This document shows, one piece after another, positions 11,801 through 48,300 of a stretch of 64,000 nucleotides of DNA. The notes beneath the pieces were generated by a model, which saw nothing but the letters and a program-made list of their open reading frames with translations, made no database searches and was not told the DNA's origin. The translations under genes and the position numbers were made by a program. Positions within the stretch are counted from its first letter, which is position 1, and every line of letters starts with the position of its first letter. This DNA comes from Tubiluchus corallicola (lineage: Eukaryota; Animalia; Priapulida), in assembly GCA_030141605.1 (NCBI GenBank), contig JAQGDQ010000053.1, positions 496,001 through 560,000 on the forward strand, written 5' to 3'.

Positions 11801-13909
11801 AAACCTTTTAGCAGCGGTCTCTTATGAAGACTAGAAGTCACTTCACTTAAAAAACTTTATTTTATCAGTTCTAAGCAGATGGAAAAATTTGACATGACAT
11901 TTATTCTTGACTTCATTAAAAGCTAGTAAAAAAAAAGAATTTCAAACATTACTAATAATAAGTTTCAAATTTTATGGGAACCAAATTTACGTTATGGGAT
12001 AAACAAAAAATGAAATTATCATCCGGTCAAATGGCATATTATCTACACAACTGATGAAATGCAGCTGATGTACGGGCTGTACTGCTGTACTGTTATTTTG
12101 CTCACAAGTATAGTAAAACGCCCATTATACCGCCAAATTCGTTTAACGCCTGCAAGATGGCCCGGAACGAAATGCTGTATTCGACTGTAAATAAAAATAA
12201 CCGAGACCCTTTATTAGTCTAAGCAAAAAGTTCCTAATATAGATGTTTGATTTTTGGATGAATCATTAATTCACAGATGATGAATTTGCTAATTTTGTTT
12301 TAATTCATTAACCTTTAAAGTGAGAACTGAGGACTTTAACCTGTACACACTTGCCTGGCTGTTTTGTGATTCGTCTATGGCAAAATTTAACACACCTTGT
12401 TTTAATGCCAAACTCGCTATATAACGCCAGCTTTTTGCCAGTCTCAAAGTGGCTGGAGTAAAGAGATTTGACTGTATGTGAGCTTTCAAGAGATGGTAAT
12501 TTCAGAATCTACATCGTGGTACATGAAATACCAGGGACTGCACCTGCAAACAGTGTTTGGGCTGAAAGTGTCATTAGTTGGACATGTACACCTTTTTAGT
12601 ATTAATCAGTTCCTTGATTGGCTAGTTGGTTTAAACTACCGATACTTCTAACTGTATTTGCAAAATTACAACTGTATAATAATTTGGAAAAAATTAATGC
12701 CATATCAAATAATGACTCTGCGTGCATTTATGTTAGCAAACAAGCAAAATAAGAAAACGCTCCATATTGCTTCGTGTTGATAAACTGCTGCAGATTTTCT
12801 ACATAATGCTGGATGTCACAGTTGATGGCAGCGCTTGGTAATTATGTTTGTAGAATGAAGTTAGAATAAAGGGACAAGTTCTGACATCATGTTGAAATAA
12901 AAATTCAAGTGGCTTGAATTTTGCAATAGTTTAACCAACGTTTAGCTCATTTTAAAACTTTATTTTTGAATGACGCTTCATTTAAAGGCAATAAGAATAA
13001 CCACATGGTCTCAATGAATGCTTGGCAACACAAAGCCCTGGTCAGCAAATGGATGTGGATCCCTTGGCAGTTTTATATGCCATGTTCTATTTAATCCCTC
13101 TCGTTGTTTACCTGATTGAGGTATTAGAATGTAAATGAATCTGACCATGACCAACACACTTTTACCAGTTTGGTGTCTCATTTCAGATGATTATCTTTGT
13201 TAATAGGAAGTATCCTGTTCTGCCATAATACTGTGTACTTAAAGTATTTCATGTTATTGAATATTGGACCCGGATTTACAGATTACTAAACAGTACGGTA
13301 TTAGGAAATCCTGCTACAAGTGTTTTTTTCCACGAAAATATAATTTAATGAATGAAAATCATTAAATCATATCAATGAAAATGAATAGACTTCGAGAGAA
13401 CATCGTCTTAAGTATGTCTACATACATCTGAGTTTTGCAACAGCCATTGATGACAAATAGAAGTCTGTTTGTAAACTTAGACTAGGATTTTTTTAAGTCT
13501 TCATGGTAACATTAGAAATGGAAAAGTGAGCAAATCATTACTGAGGTTTTAGCAGGCAAGATAAGTTCTCTTTGCTAGGAGAAAGTTAACCAATTAACCA
13601 AGTTTTTTTTCTACATGTTGTGTTAACATTTTTAAGTCCTGGTTGTATAGTTAAGATACTGCAGTTAGTTACCCAATTTTCCTTGGAAATGTCATTAGAC
13701 TTTTCCTAAAGTTATTTTAAATTTTCCATTCGTCAGCTGCTGTTTTTGTTATAGATTACGTGATGAATGAGGCTGGCAAAATTCTGCGACTACTACATAT
13801 TCGAGATCTGCGTGAATTACAGACTAAAATCAACGAGGCTATAGTTGCAGCGCAGGCAATTACAGCAAATCCCAAGACTGACGAACGACTTGGGAAAGTT
13901 GGCAGATGA
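5852..13909 (+). CDS. RTRAF: RNA transcription, translation and transport factor (C14orf166/CGI-99, tRNA-ligase complex subunit); 5'-partial, 7 exons
   Basis: GT-AG exons 5852-5976, 6091-6190, 8784-8879, 10474-10562, 10793-10867, 11443-11494, 13755-13909 join in frame. Peptides FRNMVVWLEDQKIRHYRIEDR, DWLISYAVKLEYGDN, DPDFKAG, LGFETGD and LRLLHIRDLRELQTKINEAIVAAQAITANPKTDERLGKVGR* closely match CGI-99. The short first coding exon (MFxRKL..LDY) was not found. AATAAA at 14296. Confidence 0.95.
6260..6900 (-). mobile_element. Highly decayed Tc1/mariner-like transposase remnant in an RTRAF intron
   Basis: Minus-strand fragments LQQVAPK (QQDGAP-like), VVWP, EELKAKIIEC*DKI, WSKRL and ENEGYTEHLL* resemble a Tc1-family C-terminus. 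TA-flanked terminus near 6260. No matching second TIR found. Confidence 0.35.
8018..8526. mobile_element. Tigger/pogo-type MITE
   Basis: Terminal inverted repeats CAGTCATACCTC(T/G)GTTTT at 8018 and ending 8526. TA on the left, CA (probably mutated TA) on the right. No transposase. Confidence 0.75.
8527..8670. repeat. (TG)n/(TA)n compound microsatellite
   Basis: Directly visible dinucleotide runs next to the MITE. Confidence 0.9.
9014..9690. mobile_element. TTAA-flanked non-autonomous DNA transposon (Kolobok-like)
   Basis: TTAA at 9010-9013 and 9691-9694. Imperfect TIRs AATACAAGAAAA and AGGACAAGAAAA (reverse complement of the right end). Internal GTGACGTCAC palindrome at 9521. Confidence 0.45.
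12111..12474. mobile_element. Decayed Tigger/pogo-type MITE
   Basis: TA-flanked ends TAGTAAAACG.. and ..GATTTGACTG, with a repeated subterminal GCCAAA(T/C)TCG..TAACGCC motif. TIR match is weak. Confidence 0.4.
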
Positions 13910-15311
13910 ACTGTCTGTGTTAAGAGACTAAATATCTTTGATGTGATAGGCCTAAAAGCCTATCTTGATATTTTAGTTATGAAATAACTCATCTGCACAA
14001 ATGACTACATGAACGGATGTATGTTTGTGAATATGGTTTGCGGCATATCTGTTTGGCATATTTCGTGCTGGAACAACATTACAACCAGAGCATTTGGAAC
14101 TGTAGTGATGTGATTTTTTTTGCCACATTTAAAACAGTTATAAACAAAAGTGTAAGAAGTATTATTTTAACAAACTTCCCAGTTGGCTCATTTCTGAACC
14201 TGTGTTATGTAGTGACACAAGATACACAAATCTTTATTTACTTAGCTGACATTCATCATGGGTGAGGTTTTGTTGTATATACTTTTTATGTTCCCAATAA
14301 ATGTGTTTTTTACTTAGAACTTTTTCATATATATTTTAGTATTTGCAAACATTTTTGGAGCTCTATAATGAAAGCTAAGGTTTCCCAAGAAACTGAGATA
14401 CGTTACTGTGAGCCACTACATTAACTAATGTAGAATCTACATTAACTAATTCATTAACATGGTAATATCCTTGAACTGCTTTGTGCATGCTGTGATACAT
14501 ACTTGAATCTCGTGACTGTGATAGTTCTTTAACAATATTTGATGTTTGCTACGTCATCGAATGTCATGTTTACAAGGTTATGTCTAGGCATCAACTAGCT
14601 ACTTTGTCGAAGTATGTTTGTTTGTCTAAAATTAGACTGAAATTTGTCCAGTGTTACTTCATAATTGCAGATGCATACAAGATGGCTAAGGCTATAAGTT
14701 CATCAGGCAACTTAATTCAAAACTAATTTTGAAATGACTTGTAAGAAATAGACAAATGCTTTCTGTGTATTTAGTGTTTTGGTGGCAGTTAGTGCAAATT
14801 GGTTGGCAAATTTCTTTTTAGGTCATCATTCAAAATTAAGTATCGACTTTCAAATCTTGCATAATTAAGTTTCAGGTAAATTACATTATAACACCAATCA
14901 GGTGGTAATACTTTTTTTGAAACACATGAAAAACATTTCCTTATTTCTTGCAGGTCATTTCTAAAATTAGTTTAAAATTAAGTTGTTTGATGAACTCATA
15001 GCCTTAGCCTTCTGACTTGTATACGTAATTATGGAAGTAGCACTGGACAAGTCTCAGTCTGATTTTAAATCCCAAAAGTAACTGACTTTGACTCACAATT
15101 TAGCTGTGTGGCATTTCATAAGTAAGCATTACTGGGAAATTACATGCCTTTTAGAACGTAAATAACAATATTTACCATTTATGATTACCAAACATTGCAG
15201 GGCTCACATAAGTGTATGGAATTTGACTGTAAAATACAGATGCCTATATTCCCAGACAGAATCCAATATATATTAAGGCACGAATGATGATTGCCCTATG
15301 CTTTGTGTACC

Positions 15312-20366
<5,055 letters not shown>

Positions 20367-21410
20367 AGTTCTGCAATTCCAATTTGCATATGAACCTGCA
20401 GAGTACTTAAAATATTCTCTCATTCTAATTATAATATGAGTATGTCACCATTATTGCAGCAAAGCAGCCGAGACTGAGAATTGTAACATGGAATATGTGA
20501 ACACAGCAAATGCACGGTTTGATCGTTTTCATTTTCCAGCTTTTCAAATTAAGTTATTAAGAGGTTTTTACGAATAACCTGGCTTAAATTGCATGTATTT
20601 TTAGTTCTAAGCAATTTAACTCGTTTTGGTATTTTCCGTATTTTTTCGTAATAACACAATGCACATTAAATTTTCTGTACTAAAATTCCGTAATAAATTT
20701 CTGTTCATTTTACCACTATTTGGCTATGGTTTATTTTCATGCAAATTTGAGTTCTACAGTTAACAGTATATAGGCTACACAGATATACTGAATGAGAAGA
20801 AAACAAAAATGCCACTGTTTTTGTCCAACGGGTGACCTTTTCCTTAACTAACAACTGAATCAACTGACTTCACCTGTAAACATTCAAGTAGGCAGGTGAA
20901 TTATTCTTTTTCCTGTAAAAAAAGGTTAGATGTGAATTTAAGCTGCAAACAAGCCGTTAAAGCTGTAGTCTTTTCTCGACACCTAACTACAGATAATGAT
21001 TAACTTAAATGTATTTTGCACAATTATACAAAAATTGTGTGCATAATGAGCAAATGCAAAATTAGCGATAAAATAAATAATTTTGTAGATGATAGTAATA
21101 TGTTATAGAATGGTAGTTCAGAAAGGTGTAGAACAAAGTATCTTTTTCTATAATTGTAATCTAGATATGAAATTACTATGTCAACTTGGAGAAAAATGAA
21201 ATGCAGGGATGTTTCATAACCTCCTTAAAAGTTTGCTAAAATAGCAATTACAGAGGAACTACATGACAATTTTATTGTTGAGTCTACGATTCATGAGAAT
21301 TTTGGTGACATCAAATTTAACTTTATAAGTCCACTGGAGAGTCACTAGTGCATCTGAAAGTGAGTACTTTTTTGAAACAAGCTAAACCAAATTTTTGTGC
21401 ATTCTTGGAT

Positions 21411-21467
21411 AATATCAACAATGGACAGGATTTCGGGAATATCAATGATGGACAGGATTTTGGGAAT
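21411..21467. repeat. 27-bp tandem duplication
   Basis: AATATCAA(CA/TG)ATGGACAGGATTT(C/T)GGG occurs twice in tandem. Confidence 0.85.
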
Positions 21468-24400
21468 AACAAGCATATGCCCTCATTCGTTCTTCTAGTG
21501 TGGGGAATCTCTCAGCTTGTGGCATACAATGTAGCCCAACAAAAAAACCTAATACGTGAGATCTGGTACGCAAACAACCCATGTGATTTTATACCTCTGC
21601 TCTAGATCATTGTGACAGCAGAAGAAAACAACACAAAAACTTCAAATATAGACTCAAAAAAAGTTCTCAACTACATGGTAAGAGTTTACCACAAGATGAA
21701 CACCGCCAGTCAACGAATTGCAAAGAAAATTGAAAATAGAATTAATGAGTGACTTACGGAACACCCTGCATTTTCACTGTTTAGTGTGGTATACCCGACA
21801 CAGTTGCCTCTGCTGAACCTAGCTGTTATCTCAGTAACTTGTAACCGTATGGTATGCTAGCTTGCTTTGTTATCTTAATAAATATAATAAATATTGAATT
21901 GGAGTTTTTAATCACAAGCCAATTCATGATGTAAGATAAAATGTATATCTTTTTGACCTTCAAGATAAGGTGTGAGAAAATATACACATGGTTGCATTGC
22001 AATTCCCCAAATTAAATTCTATGCATGCATCTAAATTATGACAGAAGTTATTGTATTTGTTTACAGGGTAAGTACATGCAAAACTACATTTGCGTGGTTT
22101 TTGGTCATTTCTGGGTGAAAAACAAAATTCTTCAAATCAAAACAAACAAATTCAAATATGTCCTTAAATTATGACAATCTTGATTTAATGTCTACAAAAC
22201 AATAAAGAAATAATATTTTACAACATGACCAATTAAGACAACAATGACTAAGGAATACTATAATATCAGCAAAAGATACAGGGGAAGCTCTCAAATGGGA
22301 TTAAAAAGTGCAAAAATAAGTTTAGCATTTTGATTATAACCATCTCACCCTCAACAATTCACTATGAAAAGTGACATACTTTCTATGCAGAAAGTCATGC
22401 TAACTTAATGTTTTACCTTTCATGTTGAAACTTACTATATAGTTCACAATCAAACTTAACTTTATACCAGTTCTGGGCAAATTCAATAACTAAATCTGCT
22501 GCTGCTCGTAAGGTTCTGAGAATTATTAATTATTTTGCTGTACATATACTAATTTTCAATAACTACGCAATGAGATCAGTAATAATGTCAAGAGTATTTT
22601 TTATAAATTGCTTTGCTGTTATTGTTATCATAGCGTAAGCCTCACGTGCCTACAAATAGATTTCTTCAAAAATGTAATTATTACAATTGTTGCAGTTACA
22701 GTTACAGTTTCAACAATACAATTTTCTATGAGTTCTAGTTTCAAAAAAAGTTTCTACAATTAGAATGTAACTAGTTTACTTTTCCCCTTGTTTACAGTAA
22801 GTAAACAGGTTTATGAGTAAGTAAACAAGTTAACAGATTTGTGACACAAAAAGGGGAAAATTACGAGAAAATTTTAAAAAAATTGACAAAATAAAATTGG
22901 CTAATTACTGTCATATACTTTGACATACTGTACATGCATATACATACAATTCCTATGTTTGAGCAAAATGTAACTGTAGGAGCTAATGTATATTCACTAC
23001 CAGTTGCAATATTACACCAAAAAAATTACTTGCTACAGTAACAAGTTCCACAGTTTTTTAATTGTTTACTGGAGCGAGTTAGTCCCTGGTGCCATGCTTC
23101 ATGTGAACAAATTCTATTTCTCATATTGAAGAATTACAAAAAATACTATAGAACAAACTAACACTGTCTTGTAATAGAAAGATATACAGTGGACTCTCTT
23201 TAATTATAGATATGTAAACAAAAACAGCGATTACAAAGCAAATTATAGAAATAATAAACCACTATCACAGCAAGTGATACCTCAGTGACAGAATATGATG
23301 CCTTATTACTTGAACTAAACCTGAATACTTTGACAATTTCACATTTCAGAATTGACTGGTCCTCAAAAAAAAAAGATGTAAATGACATTGTATCCTTTTC
23401 AAGCTTTTTGATTAGATAAATCATTTTATATCATTTCATATCTGTAGACGCAAATAACAAATAAGTGTAGATTGTAGTACAATCTGGACAGTAAGGCATA
23501 CATATGTATTGTGGACTTGTGATGTCACCAACATTATGATGATGCAAAAACTGATTGGTCTACCTTCCTTACAATGGACCACTCATTTCCTTGACACACT
23601 GTGTCACACAGCTTCAATAAACTTACAAAGCCAAAGTTGTATCTGTTGTCCATCACGGTTATAATTTACGTAAATGATTGCATGTTTATAGTTAAAGAAT
23701 ATATTTTATGATGCAACTCTTATTGTTTTAGCTAATAAAATTATAGTGATGATATAACACACGAAGTATAATACAAAGAAAATTCTAAGTGTTGAGAGTA
23801 ACTTACTTGCTTGTCATATGCACATCAAGTACAAAACTAGTCAACGTAGAACACAGCTCTGATTTAGTTATTTACAACTCAGGGCACCTGCTAACTGATG
23901 AAGTGACTCAAAAGCTTAAAAGTCATTATTACCTATATAGGGGCTTAGTATTTATGCCAAACCACAATAGTAACTTGATTAAAAAGTAAAAAATGAGACA
24001 TTTGCATTAGTAGTCATATTGTCATAATGCACCAGGTTGCAAATAAATGATAACCTGATAAATCAGAGAATACACATATTCTTGACAACATAAGGTACAA
24101 CTTCGCGCAACTCAGCTTAAGTGATAATTCAAAATTTTTCTATTTAAATGTGAACAATGATTCAGCGACATGATCTGTGTTGAAAGATAACGCAATAAAT
24201 AGAGACAATGAAATTCACAGTTATACTTTTTATTGAGATTGCTTGGACCCAAAAAATAAATTTCTACCCACGAATCTACTGTATTTTTACAACTATTTGT
24301 ACAACATGAGGTTATCTGTAATGAATGACTGAACAATAAATGCAAGCATCAGCATAAAAACTAATTTATCAGAAGCAAGACAGCACATGAAAGGTGTCTT

Positions 24401-24486
24401 CGTCAGTTATTTTGGGATTCTTCTAATGTATAGAAACACACAGCTCTATCAGTTTTAATAAAAAAATGCTTACATTAATTGCGAGT

Positions 24487-42325
<17,839 letters not shown>

Positions 42326-42652
42326 TCACTATCACTACCATTTTTCACTGTCCAACGATAATCTCACTGAAAAAAGTAAACAGCTGATGTAAATATAGCA
42401 ACTTGCTAACTAAAAAAGATTGTATGTTTAAAAACTAACAAACTATACACCATATAATTAAGAAACTGCTGCTGTGTTACTCTGAGTTAGCTTGTAACTT
42501 AATCTCATCTAATCAAAGATCCTCTTACTTTAAAGTAAAGGGTTCAAAAAAGATGAAGCACAAAAAGATTTGCTTTCCCTAAAACTTTTGCTATAATTTG
42601 CAGGTGCATTTATCAGAGCACAACCTTTAGTCATGGTTTAGTCAGAGTTTAT

Positions 42653-42960
42653 TCAGGGTTTAGTTGTGTCAAATTTTGGCTTTGGTGGCTATTCAATAAA
42701 AAATGACCATCCATCAGATGACTCACATAAAAGAAAAAGGAGCTTCACTGCTGTAACAGAGTTTTAGACAAGATGGAGAAGTACCTATCAAGAGGTCTCA
42801 ATAAACAGAAGCCTCTCTTGATGATTGAGCCATAAAATGAGAATTTAAGAGATTGTTGGCAAAAGAAAATAAAGGTTGTACTTAGTATAGTCAGGGTTTC
42901 GTTTTGTCAAATTTTAGGTTTGTCGGAGCCCTATTAAATGGGTGATCCATCAAATAACTG
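42653..42960. repeat. Diverged ~70-bp direct repeat pair
   Basis: TCAGGGTTT.GTT.TGTCAAATTTT..TTTG...ATCCATCA.AT.ACT at ~42653 and ~42891. Confidence 0.6.
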
Positions 42961-43540
42961 GCACAACCAATTGATTAACTAACTAAGTAAATGCCCAAGT
43001 GACTGACAGACTGACCACAAGTCTTACAGAATGTACGACTAACTTACTGGCAAATGGCCTAATGAATGCATAATTACGGGTGTTCAGGATCAGGGCCATT
43101 ATGATATTGACCTCTGGACCTGGATCCCAAACTTTTTTCAAATTCCGAACCACATTCCCAAACATTCAGTTCTGTGCAAACTCCATTCCCAAACTTCTCA
43201 TCCCGTCTCGACAAGAAACTTTAACACCCGGCTTTAAAATCGGCTAATCGGACAGATAGTTTACACGACTAAACAAAATCGGATAGCCTTTCTGGGTCAG
43301 CCATCGTGTGAATAGGAAAATATAACATCGAATTGTCGATCGTGTCATTGGACGAAGATCAGGAGTTGCTCAAATTTTCATCTGTTTGTTTTCGGATTAT
43401 GAACTGAGCCCGCAAGTTTTGACTATGCAGATACTACAGAAAAAACGAGAAGTTATTATTGCAACAACATGATCGACACCTAACACACAACCTATCACTG
43501 ACAAAATGGCAGGCTAATTAATGCATGTGTAGCTGGAAGG

Positions 43541-43541
<1 letters not shown>

Positions 43542-43573
<32 letters not shown>

Positions 43574-43645
43574 TGTGTGCGTGCATGAATGCGTGTGTGC
43601 ATGTGTGTGCATGCGTGCGTGTGCGCACGTCCGTGCATGTGTGTG
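43542..43645. repeat. (TG)n/(TGCG)n microsatellite
   Basis: Directly visible. Confidence 0.95.
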
Positions 43646-45353
43646 GATGGAACCTGCTCATAGCCTAGATAGCAGCTTTTTCATCTAGGATTCTATAAGT
43701 AATATGTTGAAGTTAAGATTGCCAAATTTCCATGTAATTTCCTCACCTCCATTTACTGAAAATTATGTTTGAAGGAAAATCGGACGATTATTTAGACTCA
43801 ATCTCATCTTAATTTACATTTTCCTGCCTATAAAAGTTAGCAATTGTTTCTTATATTTGAATAATTAGCTTAGAAAGTTAATTAACGGCAACCGAACACA
43901 GCTACTGCTTAACGTCAGAAACTAACCACAGTTTGTGCAATGGTAGGCATCTTCCCTTGCGTGCCAGGCACGTTTGCGTAAGTGTTACTGCTTAAACGCG
44001 TGATCTTACGAAAATGAGCTCTACGTCATATGATGTCAGAAGCTAACACTACAGTTATAGTACCGATTTCTATTTGTCGGCCTCCCAAATGTGACAAAAA
44101 ACATCGTTGGCAATCTTAGTAGATTCATTGAGCCGCATGTAGCTTTGAAAGCTTAACAAAATTTGAGTATCCAAGATAATTATTATTTAATTAAAGCTTT
44201 GATTCAAAGAAGCTATTGTAGTTTTCAGTTATTTTAGACCATTATTTATTCTGAACTAATGTTTACACAATTGTCCAGTCTTCTCTTAAGGTTCGAGATA
44301 ACCAATTAGCATCCCAACCCAGATTCTGAACCGCTGAACCCGACCCAAACCTCGAACACCTCTACGTACAATTCAATGACTAACTTGCAAACTGAGGAAC
44401 TGACATAATGACTGCTTGGTACTGCTAATTCATGGTCTGCCTGTTGGCATTTTAGATGAACAGAGTGAGCAGTAGATCACTTGCCTGAAAAATGGTTTGA
44501 CCCAGCAAATTACTGATTAGTTAATAAACTGACAGTTTAGTAATTGCTTAGTGCACTGACTGACTGTGTATTTCATTAAAACTGACTGATTTACCAGCTG
44601 TCATACTGACTACATACACAATTAGTCATTGAGTATATTTTCTACATACTTCAGCACACATCAAGCCAAAATCCAACACTAAAAAGCAGGGTCTACTTGT
44701 GCAGACATTTGTGGCATGACCAGAGCCTGGCACATTATTAAGGATACCCTCTAAGATGAGCCATTGAACCGGCAGATGTGTCTCAGCTGTGTTTGATTGT
44801 AAATATAATTTATAAATTCTCGACAGGATAAACAGCCAAGATTTATGAAATGTAATTGCATGTCACTGTTGTAATTGCTGTTGCATGCAAATGTTGTTGC
44901 ATGCTGTCAACACCTGGAAAAAACATCAAAACTAGGCAGCCACACACAATACACATAAATTGCATGTGCCTGTCACTCAGCCATTGACTCAGCCACCTTA
45001 ACTCATTCATGAATTGACCGATTTTATGACTAGATTACCTGTGAACTGCAGCTACCTGAATGATTAAAGGAAAACCAGGCATAGTATTAAACAATAAATA
45101 GCACAAAGCAATCTACCCTATAAAATATTGATTAGGAACATATTATTTTTTCAAGACAGACTTACGAGAAAATCTTCACTGTAACATGCATTCAGCCATT
45201 TGCAAGCTATTTGAACACTACCGGCTGCATCTCGGAAACACTAATCAATCACTACAATATATTAAGTGAAACTAAAAAGTCATGCTGTTGTCTGTTACAA
45301 TAATTTTAAACGCTACGTATAATTACTTCAACGAAACTCAGTGCCAAGAAATA

Positions 45354-48300
45354 ATGGAAGATCTATCAGGAATAGATCCACCTTGTATGGACTGGAGTTG
45401 TCGTGATTTACCGTCGAGTTTTAAAACATTTGAGCAATATTGCAGGCTGATTTTTCAAAGGCGCGCTGGCAACTAAAACTGACGCACAAAAAACCACGTA
45501 TAATTTGCTGCGGATAGGCCAAGATGGCCTAAAAATCTTTAACTCTTGGGGTTTGAACGATGATGATGGGGCAAATTTTAGGCAGGTTTCGGAAACACTG
45601 TGAGCCAAAATCGAACTTTCGTCTGGCAAGATATAATCTGCAGAAATTTAAGCAGACGGAACACAAGTCTGTAGATGACCTTATGGCGCGCTGCAAACTG
45701 CACGCGCAGAAGTGTAAATTCAGTATCACCGAGATGGAAGAACGACTGATCGAAATTTTAATTATTGGAACAAGAGAGAAAAAGGTTCAAGTCTTTGCTG
45801 GGTAAGGATGAAAATTTAAAATTAGATGAAGCTATGGACTTGGCTCGAACCAGAGAAGCCACGATCACTGATATGAAAGAATTAAATGACTCTGCACATA
45901 CAAACGTCGATGCTGTCAGTCGCGACGCAGGATATAATGAGACGACAAAAAGTTGCAGCAAATGTGGTCTCAAGCATGGCAGAAAATGCCCAGCATGGGG
46001 CAGTCGCTGCCATAAATGCAATGGCATGAATCAGTGGAAAAATATGTGCAGAACAGATTTATCTAATAGACAAAGTAGCGCCGTGAATAATAAACAGATG
46101 AGAAAACCAAGACGTCGAAGTCGAGGTAGAAGCTGTAGGCGTTCATTTTCGCAGCCTATAGATAGACAACCTTCAGTTGAGAACAGTGCAGTGCAATTTA
46201 GTGATGAATCAGATGAACTGACTTTTCAAGTGTTCGGTCAGACAACGCACATAGATTTGAAGTTTTTGCAAAAATAGGGATAGCATTGCCGAACAAGGTA
46301 AATGCTAAAACATTTTTAATAGCTAAAGTTGATACAGGAGCACAAGGAAATGTTTTGCCTATAAGAATATACAGACGCATGTATCCTGAGAGACTTGATG
46401 CTAGTTGTTTTCCCAAAGAAATACAGTCGAGTAAAACAACAATGACTGCGACAATGGTACTCAAATTATACAATATGGTGTGTGCGTAATAAGGTGCAAA
46501 TCCAAGGACAAAAGTGCAGACGCAACATTCTATGTAGCAGATGTGGACAGTTCTGCTATATGTGGTCTTCCAACATCACAAGCAATTAAGTTAGTTGACC
46601 TGAACTGCGAAATATCCAGGCAGACAGCCATCAACGACAAAGAAGATTTGTTGGAGTATACCCAGACAATTTTCAGGGAATTGATCAATTTGAAGGTGAG
46701 TACCACATTATGACTGACCCGAATATTCTGCCTGTCATTCATGCTCAACGAAAATGTCCGATTGTTCTTCGCAAACAGATAAAAGCAGAGCTGGATGAAA
46801 TGGAGAGACAGGGCGTCATTATACCAGTTACAAAACCGACTGATTGGGTGTCTAGTGCTGTATACCCACGTAAGTCGGAAGGAAGATTGCGAGTATGCCT
46901 TGACCCAACAGAGCAATAAAGCGTACCCACCATCATATTCCGACCATGGAAGAACTAACTCACAAGTTTAATGGAAGTACAGTATTCTCAAAGCTAGATG
47001 CCAGACATGGCTATTGGTCTACTGTGTTAGAAGAAGAATCATCGTATTTGACAACATTCAATAGCCCTTTTGGCCGTTACAGATTTTTGAGACTAACTTT
47101 CGGATTATTCATCAGCCAAGTTGTGTTTCAGCAGCAAATAGATTTCATCTTAGAACAATGCCCTGGAGCAGAAGGCATTAGTGATGACATTGCTGTACAT
47201 GGTAAAACCGAAGCTGAGCACAGTACCAATTTACTCAACTTGATGGAAGTAGCAAGAAAACACGGGCTGGTAGTCAACTACGAGAAATACAGCATAAAAC
47301 AATCTAGCATCACATTTTTTGGAATGGTGTTCGATGCAAACGGAGTCCACCCAGACCCAGCAAAGATTAAAGCTATACAAGTCATAAAAGCACCAGAAAA
47401 CAGCCAGGAACTGCAAACTTTTCTCGGCATGGCAACATATTAGTCACCGTTCATTCCAAATCTGTCTGCAGTCTCACAGCCATTGCGAAAGTTACTTAAA
47501 AGGGAACTATTTTTTCAATGGTCTCTGACACAACAACAAGGTGTTTGAACAAATGAAGCAAATAATTTGCAGAGACGTGGCATTAAGCTACTTTGACCCA
47601 AACAAAGAAAGCATCCTACAAGTAGATGCTTCAATGAAAGGACTTGGAGCCGTTCTCCTGCAGGATAACAAGCCAATTGCATATGTTTCAAAATTGTTAA
47701 GTGACTGCGAACTCAGATACGCAAACATAGAGCATGAGATGCTGGCTGTTGACATTGGATGTGAAAGATTTCACACATACTTATATGGGAAACAGTTCAA
47801 AGTTTAGATTGCTCACAAGCCGCTTGAAATGATTCACATGAAGAATTTATCAGCAGCACCTCAGCGATTACAGCGGATGTTACTGAGAGCCCAGCCATAT
47901 GACTTTACTATACAGTACATTCCTGGTAAAGAAAAGCTGTTAGCCGATGCATTGTCGAGATCCCCTACAGGTGACCAATCAACCGACATTGAGCCAGATG
48001 TGCGACTTAATCTGGTGTGGTTTTCGCAAGAAAAACAAGAGATACTGCAAAGCAGTACACAAATTGTCCTGAACTACATGCACTGAGGGAAATGATTATC
48101 ACTGGATGGCCAGAATATCATAAACAAGTACCACAAATGCTCCGACTGTATTGGCCATATAGAGATGAACTCACCATAGCAGATGGCGTAATTTTAAAAG
48201 GCAACCACGTGTTAATTCCAAAAAACATGCAGAAGGAGATATTCTATAAACTACGCGAATCACACCAAGGAATCGAAAAAATCAACCTTCGTGCAAGAGA

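Noticed and set aside
44031-44043. TGATGTCAGAAGC as a possible Gypsy primer-binding site
   Set aside because: It is not preceded by sequence resembling the 3' LTR end (..ATAACATTACA) and it mismatches the TGG start.
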